Source of the DNA: a virus
Taxonomy: Duplodnaviria; Caudoviricetes
DNA: 30,560 bases
IMG/VR virus record: IMGVR_UViG_3300008255_000344
Location: 1 to 30,560 of that record
Reading direction: 5' to 3' (one strand)
The translations under genes and the position numbers were made by a program. The notes under the pieces were generated by a model, which worked only from the letters and a program-made list of their open reading frames with translations, had not been told where the DNA came from and did not search any database. Positions 19,452 through 28,203 of the stretch are shown here, in pieces. Numbering within the stretch: position 1 is the first letter of the stretch; each line of letters begins with the position of its first letter.

Positions 19452-20114
19452 TCACCAGCGCCTCTTTTCGCGATCCTCCTGCCAGAGCTTCAGGTCAGAA
19501 CGCTCGACATCTTCGTAACCGATGGCGTTCGCGATGTTGCGATAGATGAACGTCCTGGAACGAGAGGGCGTGTGGTGCCACATGTCGTTGTGGATAGCCT
19601 CAGCGATCGCTTCACTCAGGGGCTTGTTCTTACCATGGCGACGTCGACCCTCCTGCTGAAGGTAGCGCTCGTAGTCGAAGACGTTGCAGCCATCGAGCGA
19701 CTCCAGCACCTTCGCGAGAGCCTCGTCATCGCGGCACTTCTTAAGAGCCTGCTCAACCAGCAGGCGGTTGTAGGACATCCAGACCGAGTCGAGCATCTCG
19801 TTGAGGGTGTAGTAGCTCGAAGCTCCGAAATCACCCGTAGCGGTCTGGAGTGTGTCCTTCTTGACCTTGGTGACCAAAGTACTGTCGGGGCTCGACGCAA
19901 GGTGCCAGTGCGTGTTGGTTTCGTTCACCACGCAAACGGCCTCGTAGTGACCCTCGATGATGCACTTACCACCGGCGTAGGGAGGGTAGTGGCGGTTATT
20001 GCCACTTTGCACCCAGATCCAGACGCCGATCTTGATGTCATCGCGCTCTTCCGCGAAGGGAAGGGTTTCTCCGTACTTGTGGCCGATGGGTGTGGTGTAT
20101 TCGGTGATGGGCAT
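19452..20114 (-). CDS. Hypothetical protein (220 aa)
   Basis: AAGGAG RBS, upstream TTGACA, coding-like composition. Confidence 0.75.
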   Translation of the reverse strand: MPITEYTTPIGHKYGETLPFAEERDDIKIGVWIWVQSGNNRHYPPYAGGKCIIEGHYEAVCVVNETNTHWHLASSPDSTLVTKVKKDTLQTATGDFGASSYYTLNEMLDSVWMSYNRLLVEQALKKCRDDEALAKVLESLDGCNVFDYERYLQQEGRRRHGKNKPLSEAIAEAIHNDMWHHTPSRSRTFIYRNIANAIGYEDVERSDLKLWQEDREKRRW

Positions 20115-20145
20115 GATGTGCTCCTTCTAAAGTGACGCCATCAGA

Positions 20146-20285
20146 AGAATAATATATTGCACTTGGTGTCAAGCTGAGACTTGAAGATGGAGAAAACGAG
20201 CCCAAAAGACGTCATAAACCAAGCAAACACAGGGCAATGCGAGAAAATAGGGCTTGACAAAGAGTAATCAGATGTGTAATACTAT
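20146..20285. promoter_or_regulatory. Divergent sigma70-like promoters
   Basis: AT-rich intergenic region; TTGACA at 20167-20172 (minus) and 20254-20259 (plus), each followed by imperfect AT-rich -10-like sequence. Confidence 0.55.
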
Positions 20286-20311
20286 GCACATCACAGGTTG
20301 AGGAGAACCTC

Positions 20312-20617
20312 ATGGCAATCTGCCCGAACAAGAATCGCAAGCGAGCCCTGATGGGCGGGAATCCTGGGTGCCAGGGCAAGGTAGAGGTCACCGTCATGGT
20401 GCCTATCACGCTCGGCCTCCGCAGAATGCCCAAGGGCGGCGACCACATACTCGACGTGGTCAACAAGACCTCCCAGAAGACCCATAGGGTGAAGTGGCGG
20501 ACCATATTCGCCCAGCTCATGGCTGGCAACTGGGACATCCGATGCGACACCTGCGGGTGGAGTCTCAAGGCTATGGGCCGAGGACTCCAGCCCCGCAAGG
20601 GAAGAGGGAAGCGTTAG
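20312..20617 (+). CDS. Small basic Cys-containing (Zn-ribbon-like) protein (101 aa)
   Basis: GAGGAG RBS; CPNK...C and CDTCG. Confidence 0.7.
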   Translation: MAICPNKNRKRALMGGNPGCQGKVEVTVMVPITLGLRRMPKGGDHILDVVNKTSQKTHRVKWRTIFAQLMAGNWDIRCDTCGWSLKAMGRGLQPRKGRGKR

Positions 20618-21899
20618 TTCAGGATCTCGTCCCCGTTGAGGTCGGGGAACTGAAACGCCGGGACATCGTTGGTCCGAAGAACAGGGACACCAAGGAGGTG
20701 GGCCACATGCGGTCCGCCTCCATTTGCGATAACCATGGCCGAGGTAGCAGCATGTTGGTAGAGGGTCTTGTGGATCTCGGGATGCTGACAGTTGAGATCC
20801 CCACAGCCATCCTGGCACGGTGCCCTCTCATACTCTGCGTAGAAGCCGAATCCCGAGGTGATTTCGTAGTTGCACCACACCCACTCCAGGCCAATCTCCA
20901 AGTTCCCACTGCCAGCCGGTTGACCCAATGGGTCACTCGGAGGAATACCGCAAGCGGCATTGGCGAACTCGCTGTTCTGGATAGCTACAGCATCACCGGC
21001 GTTACGATAGGTCCAGTACGTGACTGGAAGTTCATCCCTGGCCTATTCCACCCGTCCCTGGAAAGCCACCATGTCGAAGAGACCTTCTCCCACCATGCTG
21101 TTCCATGGCCGCCAGTGCAGCTCATTATGAAGAGAGATGAGAGCCGAGCGCCCGTAGTAGGTTGGCGACTCATTCCTGATGAAGGTACACCACCTACGAA
21201 TGTAGGGAAGGCCAACCTGGACACCGTTCATCGACTGCGTGATCTCCTCCCCGAGGAGGAAGATTGCTGGCAGATCCCGCATCAGGCGCATCGCCCTCAT
21301 GAAGAGAGCGGCGCGTTCCGAATCCGTCAGCAGGTGGTGATTCTCTGCTTCGCCGAGAACAACGTGGCCGATTCCAGGCCTACCCTGCTCGCGATTGACC
21401 GCATAGGCCCAGTAGGCCAGGGCCATTCTCCAGGCGATGATGTCCCCTTCACTGAGGAAGATCGAGGTATCGTCGTCCCCGAAGACCGTGAAATAGATCG
21501 TGTTCACACCATTTTTGGCATAGAAATTCAGGTCGTCGAAGAACTTCTCCGGGTTATCCCGCAGGATAGCCATCCTGTTCTCGGGACTGTTCAATTCCAC
21601 CAGGACGCATCTGGAGTTGTCGTCAGACCACCGAAGGAAGCCATCGCTGCCTTTGTACGGATAGGGATAGACGGGAACATCAACCGTCCCCCTCACATCG
21701 TCATAGAAGAACGGTGGGTTGAGGTAGCTGTTCCTGGCGGCGCTCGCCTGAGCCACCTGGTAGATCCGTTCGTGGAAGGCGATTTCCTTGGCGATGGTGT
21801 TGAGATGGACAGGCAGCTCCTGCTTGTTCTGATGGCAACCGGTTACGAAAAACACGGCGAAAGCAGGCAGATGTAGGCGGTACGTGTGAATGAGTGTAT
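20614..21899 (-). pseudogene. Disrupted lipoprotein, possibly glycoside-hydrolase/TIM-barrel-like
   Basis: ORFs 21043-21855 and 20614-20928 are one frame joined by a single TAG (GRVE*ARDELP...). A signal peptide with lipobox ((M)HSFTRTAYICLL-F-AVFFVTGC) is rebuilt only with an ATA start at 21899 and one added T near 21861. The fold call is weak (GVNTIYF, GEAEN, IQNSEF). Confidence 0.6.
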
Positions 21900-21980
21900 G
21901 ACAAACCCCTGAGTAGACTTGAGTAGCTCTACCCAGAGTTATACCAGAAGCGTTTCCTTGTTGCCCAACCGGTTACTGAT

Positions 21981-22769
21981 TTACTCGTAGACGATCTCTT
22001 GGCGGCGGGTGCCGATGTTCTGATCGACGAACCGAACCACCTGCTCGATGTGACCAGAGAAGATGGGATCCAGGCCGTTTCGCTTGGGGAGGATTGCCCA
22101 GTTCCCATCAGAGAGAAGCATGAGGGGGACCTTGTCGCGGACGCCCCGCATCCTGTCGAAGATGGCCTCATCCTTCCCATCCACGACGTTGTGTACCTTC
22201 ATGGCGCTGTTGGCCCTGAGGAGAACACAGCCGCTGTGGTTGGGGATTGTGTAGGACCCCTCTCCCTCCACCTCTTCCCTGGTGGCGAGGTGAGCGAAGA
22301 CGAATGGGCCCTTGTCGTTGTCCTGGTACTCACGCCAAAGACCAGCCACCAAGGAGAAGAAGTCCTCCCCGTACTGGAACCCCTGTCCGGCGATCACGTC
22401 AGGGTAGTCGGTGAAGTGAGCCAGCCAGGTGTTCCTATCGACCAGTCTCCTGCTTTCCAAGACCGCCCGCGGCGCGATTTCATGTGGCTCTTCGGACTGG
22501 ACCAGGAGGGGTTCGAGCCTGGTCATCCAGGCCTTGAAGCTACGCTTCTCCGACTCATTCAGGTCGAAGTAGTCCTTGTCCTTGTATGCTTTGGCTTCAA
22601 GTCCCAGTTCGTGGTGAGCCCAGGCTGGAATGAACTCGTCGTAGAAAGGAGCGTCGACGTCCCGGCGCAACAGATAGCGATGAAGGCTCCCGATGTCGTC
22701 GGGTACCAGCCTTTCATCGAGGGGGTCTAAACGCATCCCTCGTACTTTTCGGAGTTCACTGAGTAGCAT
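21981..22769 (-). CDS. Hypothetical protein, possible ADP-ribosyltransferase-like fold (262 aa)
   Basis: WLAHFTD...IAGQGF...GPFVFA pattern; TAGATA upstream. Confidence 0.6.
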   Translation of the reverse strand: MLLSELRKVRGMRLDPLDERLVPDDIGSLHRYLLRRDVDAPFYDEFIPAWAHHELGLEAKAYKDKDYFDLNESEKRSFKAWMTRLEPLLVQSEEPHEIAPRAVLESRRLVDRNTWLAHFTDYPDVIAGQGFQYGEDFFSLVAGLWREYQDNDKGPFVFAHLATREEVEGEGSYTIPNHSGCVLLRANSAMKVHNVVDGKDEAIFDRMRGVRDKVPLMLLSDGNWAILPKRNGLDPIFSGHIEQVVRFVDQNIGTRRQEIVYE

Positions 22770-22799
22770 GCACGAGCACCTGGGAGAAGTTCATCTCCC

Positions 22800-22805
22800 T
22801 ATCTA
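22800..22805 (-). promoter_or_regulatory. TAGATA motif
   Basis: 30 nt upstream of the start at 22769; shares GCGCTTAGATAGG with the copy at 10070. Confidence 0.6.
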
Positions 22806-23887
22806 AGCGCTCGCAATGGCAGAGTTCCTGTAGTTTGGATCCTCAGTCACCTCGCGGTAGTAGCCGAAGAGGGTTTGCAGCGGGACGTAGGAGAGATCCT
22901 CGGTCTCGACTTCCAGGATCCCAAGCTCCTTGGCCGATTCAGGCTCTACGAAGAAATCGACCTCGTGGTAGAGGCGCGTCTTCCTGACGCTCTTGAGCGG
23001 CCTTGGCACTCCCTCCAGGCGCTTCATGTACTCGTGGAAGGTGATGCTCGACTCGATCTCGATGCGACGCAGTGGATCTCCGGAGATGGCCTTCTTGATC
23101 GTGTGAAAGTAGGTGCTGCCGGTCGAAGCCTTCCTTTTGCGCAAACGCTCCTCGGCGTCGCCGGTCGAAAGGTAGTGCTGGACGATGTCCACGCCCACGA
23201 AGGAGATCTGGTGGGCTTCCAGCCTATGGCGAAAGACGTCGATCGTGCAACCGAGCAGGAACTTTCGCTCGGCCTCCACGGGATCAGGGATGCCAAGGAA
23301 TCTGGTGATGTGCTCCATGGCCATGCCGATCTTGGCCTTGAATGAGGTGCTGTTGTCGACCACCCGGAAGTGATGGTAGCCCAGCCATGCCTTCTGGGTT
23401 TCCTCGTCGAGGATCCTGGCCTCCTCTGGAGACTCCTTGCGAGCGGTGTTGTTAGGGTATAGAACTCTTCAGCACCGTTGGCCGCGGTCACGAGGTGAAC
23501 CACGGCATCGTACTGGTCGCGAAGCTGACTCTCGTTGTAGTTCTGCTCGATGATGGCTTCCCAGACCTGGTCGTCCACGTAAGCCTTCCCGTCCATCAAG
23601 CCACGGTCATGGAGAATCACCACCGGCCCGTTTTCGGCCATGAGCTTCGCGACGTTGACGAGCGTCTGCTCATGGTGCATTTGCACTTCGATGATCAACC
23701 CCTGGAAGATGATGTTCCCGATCTCTGTGGGACTCACACCTGCCTGGATCGCCATCGTAGCGGTCTCAGGGCACACAAGGACCTGATACCCCATGTTCGT
23801 AAGGCGCTGCTGAATGGTAGCGAGGTCCGTGGTCTTTCCAGAGTAAGGGCCACCTGTGATGACGAAGCGATGAACGGGATGGGGCAT
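22803..23887 (-). pseudogene. NadR/Ttd14-like AAA (P-loop) ATPase + CYTH domain protein, frameshifted near 23453
   Basis: ITGGPYSGKTT, PETAT, DRGLMDGKAY, HLVTAANGAEEFY; continues in the -1 frame as NNTARKESPEEA...VVDNST...EAERKFL...RKTR...EVE (CYTH). Confidence 0.82.
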
Positions 23888-23927
23888 GGCACCCTCCTAC
23901 GCCGGAATGATCCATAGTAGGGCAGGA

Positions 23928-24272
23928 TCAGCCAGCCAAGTCTCCAGCCCCAGGGGTGCGACCGCCGGTATTGCGAGAACGAGAAGGAAGACTGGTCGAT
24001 TCGTTCTTGTGGGCGTCCATGTAGGCAGACTTGCAGCGGATGAAATGGAGACCATCATGCTGGGTGTAGCAGTGTTTGTCGGGACGAATAGCATCGTCCC
24101 ACCACGTGCTGTGCAAGGGAGGAGGAGGACAGGTGCCGGGCCTGCGTTCGACCCAAGCCATCCAGTTGTCGTACTCCTTCTGCTTCCATTGGGTAATCCT
24201 GCCACGGTCACCAGAGGCTTCCACGAGCTTGCCAGCTCCAGCGGCGAGAAGTGCGAGGACTTCAAAGAACAT
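23928..24272 (-). CDS. Small protein with hydrophobic N-terminus (114 aa)
   Basis: AGGAGG RBS; TAGATA at 24296-24301. Confidence 0.6.
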   Translation of the reverse strand: MFFEVLALLAAGAGKLVEASGDRGRITQWKQKEYDNWMAWVERRPGTCPPPPLHSTWWDDAIRPDKHCYTQHDGLHFIRCKSAYMDAHKNESTSLPSRSRNTGGRTPGAGDLAG

Positions 24273-24295
24273 GATCTGTTCCTCCTGTCTTATGG

Positions 24296-24301
24296 TATCT
24301 A
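24296..24301 (-). promoter_or_regulatory. TAGATA motif
   Basis: 23 nt upstream of the start at 24272. Confidence 0.55.
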
Positions 24302-24314
24302 ATGACTGCTGGAA

Positions 24315-24841
24315 TTATCCAGCAGCCGCCCCTTCGGGGACCTCGGAAGGAGCAGAGTCTTCCGGGGTCAATCCCCAGGCACACAGGTAGTCAAGGGCGT
24401 TGTCGGAGCCCATGATGTCTCCGCGGTCCACCTTCTGGGCCTCTCAACAGGCATGGAGAGCCTCCTCGGTGGGAAGGCCCATGGGAATGATCTGCATACC
24501 CATGGCGTTCATGGTGATCTCGCGCTCGAAGCCATGCTTGAGCGCCCAGTTGTGGAGCATCCAGGCGTACATGACGAGCTTGCCGGGGCTCTCGCACACG
24601 AAGGTGAGGAAACCCAGAACATAGTCGTTCACCTTGGTCTTGGGAGAGTAGATGGCGAGCCGACTCTTGATGATCTGGTAGCCTGGCGACCTTTCCAGGA
24701 CATCGGCGACGAATCCGCCCTGCATCTCCTGCATGGTCATTACCATGAAGGCCTCGCTCTCCTCCTTGGTCATCGGACGCTTCTTGGCATCCAAGAGATT
24801 CGGGTAGTCGGTACGAGTCTTATCGAGTTTCGGGTGGCCAT
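24315..24841 (-). pseudogene. Hypothetical gene with internal TGA and out-of-frame start
   Basis: Frame continues 42 codons past TGA at 24444-24446 (LHAC*EAQKVDRG...DNALD...AAG TAA at 24315, ending in a hairpin). The AAGGAG-preceded ATG at 24841 is one base out of frame. Confidence 0.6.
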
Positions 24842-24977
24842 CGTGGGCACTCCTTGGGGATTTATGATGCAACTAATTACTAACTGAGGGGCCGATGTCA
24901 AGGGCGATCTGTCGGTAGCTGTCCTGACATGTCGTCAGGTGTCCGGCAGTGCCATGACCTGTCGACCCCTGTCTTGG

Positions 24978-26168
24978 TTACTCTTCGTCGTTGGGTTGAG
25001 CGACGACGAACTCTTTGTTCATCTGCTCTTCGCTACGCATTTTGTACGTCTTGCCGTTGGGGAACTCGACGTCATGGAAGGTGGTGGGATACTGATGGAA
25101 GGAGGTTCCGGTCTGGGACCACTTGCTGACCACCTTGTTCTGGACCCTGAACTTGGACCCATCCTGGAACTCAAAGTTCATCCAGCCCTCGAACGTACCC
25201 GCGGTCGCGACCAGGTGTCCGATGGCGACCGACTTGAGGGCGACACCCTTCTCGGACTTCTTGCCGACGATCGATCCGAGCTTCTTCATCATCTTGATCT
25301 TGTAGCGATCGCGAACGATGTCGGCCTGCTCCTTGGAGGCCCGCTCGATGTGCTCTTCGTAGTCGTTCCGTTTGCGGTAGGGATCCTTCATGCTGGAGCT
25401 GTAGGTGCTACCCTTCGGCTGCTGGGTGATGAACTTGTCGATGATTCCGGCGGTGCCGCGGAACTCACGCATGCGGTATGGTGATTCGTTCTCACTGCTG
25501 CGGCGGGCGAAGTACCGGTCAACCATACCCTCGAAGTGCTTCTTGTAAGCCTCAACGAGCTTGTTGTACATGGTCTCCGTGACTTCCTCGACCTTGTCCT
25601 GGATCATCTTGAGCGATTCCATGGAGGCCGGTGGCGGCACGTAGGCGGGCTTGGCATCGGGGTTGGGCTGCCTACCCTTCTTGATGTTCGCTTTCGTCGT
25701 CTTGAGGGCGTCAGCGACCTCCTCGAACTCCTCGTAGATCTTGATCAGATCGTCGTACATCTCCTCGGTCGCGTAGGGCGTATCCTTGAGGAGGTCCTTC
25801 CGGACCTTGTCGCTGCGGAGCTTCTTGAGCTTGCCGGGGATGAGGTGGGGGTAGGTGCTCGTGTAGTCGTAGAACTTCATGCTGCCAAAGGCGTTATCGT
25901 TCTTATCACGCCATGCCTTGAGCCTCTCCATGAGCTGGTTTCTCCAGGAGCTGAGAGCATCGCTGAAAACGCGGCCAAGGTCGTCCTTCAGCTCCGTCCA
26001 CTGGACGTTCCAGATCTCCCCTCCATCCATGGCGGCCTCCAACGTGGGCAGAAGTCGCTCCATGTGCTCCTTCTCTCGGTCGCTCGCGTACTTGAGGAAT
26101 CCGCGGTCGAGCTTCTTCCCGGCACTTTCGGTCACAGTTTCAATGGCTTCTCTGATGGAGGACTTCAT
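24978..26168 (-). CDS. Hypothetical Lys/Glu-rich protein, possibly virion-associated (396 aa)
   Basis: GAGGTG RBS, strong codon bias, TAGATA upstream. Confidence 0.8.
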   Translation of the reverse strand: MKSSIREAIETVTESAGKKLDRGFLKYASDREKEHMERLLPTLEAAMDGGEIWNVQWTELKDDLGRVFSDALSSWRNQLMERLKAWRDKNDNAFGSMKFYDYTSTYPHLIPGKLKKLRSDKVRKDLLKDTPYATEEMYDDLIKIYEEFEEVADALKTTKANIKKGRQPNPDAKPAYVPPPASMESLKMIQDKVEEVTETMYNKLVEAYKKHFEGMVDRYFARRSSENESPYRMREFRGTAGIIDKFITQQPKGSTYSSSMKDPYRKRNDYEEHIERASKEQADIVRDRYKIKMMKKLGSIVGKKSEKGVALKSVAIGHLVATAGTFEGWMNFEFQDGSKFRVQNKVVSKWSQTGTSFHQYPTTFHDVEFPNGKTYKMRSEEQMNKEFVVAQPNDEE

Positions 26169-26827
26169 GGCTTCTCACCTCGTATGGTCTTTGTATCTAC
26201 TACGCGCAGGAAGGCCTTGCCCGAGATCTCAGCGTCGTTGCAGGTCATCACCAGCTCCAGATCGAACGGACATTCCCTGTACCACTCCACGAACGCCTTG
26301 GCTTCATGGTCGATCGTCAGACCCTGGTAGTCGAACAGGTCGTCGAACACCAGGACCGAACCAACCGTCAGGTGAGGAGCAACGTGTTCCAGGACAAAAG
26401 CGGTCGAGCTATACAGGTCGCAGTCGATGTGAATAAATGCCACAGGGTTTGCTGGATGTTCGGCCAGGAAACCTGGGAGAGTGTCCTGGAAGAGACCTTT
26501 GATAACCCGGCAGTCGAGCGGAAGCATGGGTAGCTGCCCGTGACATGTGAAAGCGCCAGCGGGGATAGAACCCCAGGTCTCCGGCAATCCCTCGAACGTA
26601 TCGAAGCAGCAAAGGCCTCGGATACCTGACATTCCGGCAAGCCAGCGAGCTGACACACCAGACGCCGTACCAAATTCCAGGTACAGGGAGCCGAATCCAT
26701 CAGACTGCATGGCGACCATTTCCCCAACATCCTTGTACCACAGGCACTCTTCCCGATGAATCGGTCTATGCGACTTCAACATGCGGTCCAGAGAGGCTGG
26801 GTCCAGGTGTTTGGGGACGACGATCAC
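26165..26827 (-). CDS. TylF/MycF-like class I SAM O-methyltransferase (~220 aa)
   Basis: YLEFGTASG, FDTFEGLPE, KGLFQDTLP, FIHIDCDLYSST and VLVFDD motifs; probable GTG start at 26827. Confidence 0.85.
   Translation of the reverse strand: MIVVPKHLDPASLDRMLKSHRPIHREECLWYKDVGEMVAMQSDGFGSLYLEFGTASGVSARWLAGMSGIRGLCCFDTFEGLPETWGSIPAGAFTCHGQLPMLPLDCRVIKGLFQDTLPGFLAEHPANPVAFIHIDCDLYSSTAFVLEHVAPHLTVGSVLVFDDLFDYQGLTIDHEAKAFVEWYRECPFDLELVMTCNDAEISGKAFLRVVDTKTIRGEKP
26194..26199 (-). promoter_or_regulatory. TAGATA motif
   Basis: 25 nt upstream of the start at 26168. Confidence 0.6.
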
Positions 26828-26901
26828 GGAGGTCTTCCTTGCGAAGTTGGGTGAAGATGCAACCAGCCAGGCGAGGAAGTCAAGAGTAATCAGATGAATA
26901 A

Positions 26902-27267
26902 TTACCCAGCGGCTGCTTCCTCGGTGACCTTGTCCTTGATGCGGAGGAGGGCGTCGGCCCAGTCCCCTGGAAACATCTCGGCCAACTGGTCGGGGGTGAT
27001 GCACTTGCCCTCCACCTTCTTGCTGAACTCGGTCTCGGGTCCACACATGACCACGTAGTGGTACTGGAAGTCGACTTCGTCCTCGGGCTCCTTGCCCATG
27101 AAGTAGGTGACCATCAGGCGCTTGAACTTCCTCGCCGCCGACCTGAAGTCCGCCATGGAACGTGGGTCAGCCAGATAGGTCACCACCACAGCTCGCGGCT
27201 GTTCTGCCAGAAGGTTGAGGCATGCTTCGCCGACCGCGTTGTAGTGTAAGACCAGGAACTTCTTTAT
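26902..27267 (-). CDS. Hypothetical protein (121 aa) with ATA at the expected start
   Basis: AAGGAG-N6-ATA AAG AAG TTC CTG..., in frame with track ORF 26902-27189; an in-frame TAG lies just upstream. Confidence 0.6.
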   Translation of the reverse strand: MKKFLVLHYNAVGEACLNLLAEQPRAVVVTYLADPRSMADFRSAARKFKRLMVTYFMGKEPEDEVDFQYHYVVMCGPETEFSKKVEGKCITPDQLAEMFPGDWADALLRIKDKVTEEAAAG

Positions 27268-27475
27268 AGCCTACTCCTTCGTTTCTTCAAGGGTAGGGCA
27301 AAGGCTCTGAAGTATTTGACCCTTGACTTGGACCACGAATTGCTGGCCCACTGTTGAAACTATCTCTTCCGCAAGGAATGTATATCATGTTGTAGGCTCG
27401 CCCTCCCCCAAGATCCTCCCTCGGCCCCGATGTGTGTCATCTACCACCCTCGACCGAATCCTCAGGAGGATCACC

Positions 27476-27775
27476 ATGAACACCAACGAACGCCGCCAGG
27501 CGATCAAGCAGATCAAGAACGAGCAGAACTCGCTCACCAAGGCCATTCGCCACATGAAGGCCGCCCGCAAGGGAGGATGGACCCGCAAACACCACCAGTA
27601 CGCACTGGGCAATCTCCAGTCCACCTTCAGGCACCGCCATGTCGCGTGGTCTATCGTGAAGGGTCGCCAGCTCGAAGCAGTCGACTCGGGCGATGAACTC
27701 AACATGAAGGTCGTGGACGCCCACGTAAAGAAGTTCCAGAAACGCCTGGGACACAAGGAAGACGCCGCTGCGTAG
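27476..27775 (+). CDS. Basic helical 99-aa protein ending in TAG (N-terminal partner of Pth2-like domain)
   Basis: AGGAGG RBS and ATG at 27476; MNTNERRQAIKQIK...FRHRHVAWSIVKGR...KEDAAA-TAG. Confidence 0.85.
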   Translation: MNTNERRQAIKQIKNEQNSLTKAIRHMKAARKGGWTRKHHQYALGNLQSTFRHRHVAWSIVKGRQLEAVDSGDELNMKVVDAHVKKFQKRLGHKEDAAA

Positions 27776-28090
27776 GAGAACCGCCTCTACGTCCTCGTCC
27801 GCGGGGATCTGAAGCCCTCTTACCAGACAGTCCAGGCAGGTCACGCTGTCGCCCAGTGGTGCATGAGTCACGAACGCGACGGTAGTGAGAAGTGGGATAA
27901 TGGCACTCTCATCTACCTCCGCGTGAAGGATCTGGAAGACCTCCTGGCCTGGGAAAAGAAAATCAGTGGATCGGGCTTGCGCCCCCAGACTTTCGTCGAA
28001 CCTGATCTCGGCGATGAATCGACCGCCACCGCGGTCTGCACGTCCAAGCTCTGTGGTAGGTTCCTTTTCAGGAAGCTGCCCCTGCTGTGA
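27776..28090 (+). CDS. Peptidyl-tRNA hydrolase 2 (Pth2)-like domain, in frame after TAG and with no own start codon (read-through product 27476-28090, 204 aa)
   Basis: ENRLYVLVRGDLKPSYQTVQAGHAVAQW...WDNGTLIYLRV...FVEPDLGDESTATA...RKLPLL. Confidence 0.85.
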   Translation, partial: ENRLYVLVRGDLKPSYQTVQAGHAVAQWCMSHERDGSEKWDNGTLIYLRVKDLEDLLAWEKKISGSGLRPQTFVEPDLGDESTATAVCTSKLCGRFLFRKLPLL

Positions 28091-28118
28091 AAACAAGGGG
28101 CTTCCTGCGGGAAGCCCC
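28090..28118 (-). terminator. GC hairpin with U tract on the minus strand
   Basis: GGGGCTTCC-TGCG-GGAAGCCCC (28097-28118); followed by TTGTTTT on the minus strand, no U tract on plus. Confidence 0.65.
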
Positions 28119-28125
28119 ACTCAGT

Positions 28126-28203
28126 GCTCCGGTAGCTCAGTTGGTAGAGCCGGTCTCTCTAAAAGACTGTGTGTCCTGGGTTCGAGCCCCAGTCGGAGCA
28201 CCA
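28126..28203 (+). tRNA. Amber suppressor tRNA, anticodon CUA
   Basis: GCTCCGG/TCGGAGC acceptor stem, A73-CCA, D arm GCTC/GAGC, anticodon stem GGTCT/AGACT, loop CT-CTA-AA (anticodon 28159-28161), T arm CTGGG-TTCGAGC-CCCAG. Confidence 0.92.

Noticed and set aside
27863-28090. Pth2-like gene starting at ATG 27863 as in the ORF track
   Set aside because: This start would omit the LYVLVR strand and the QAGHA helix, and there is no RBS before it.
28126-28203. tRNA-Pyl / pyrrolysine system
   Set aside because: Canonical D-loop GG, TTCGA T-loop, 2-nt acceptor-D linker and A73 are unlike tRNA-Pyl, and there are no pyl genes in the window.
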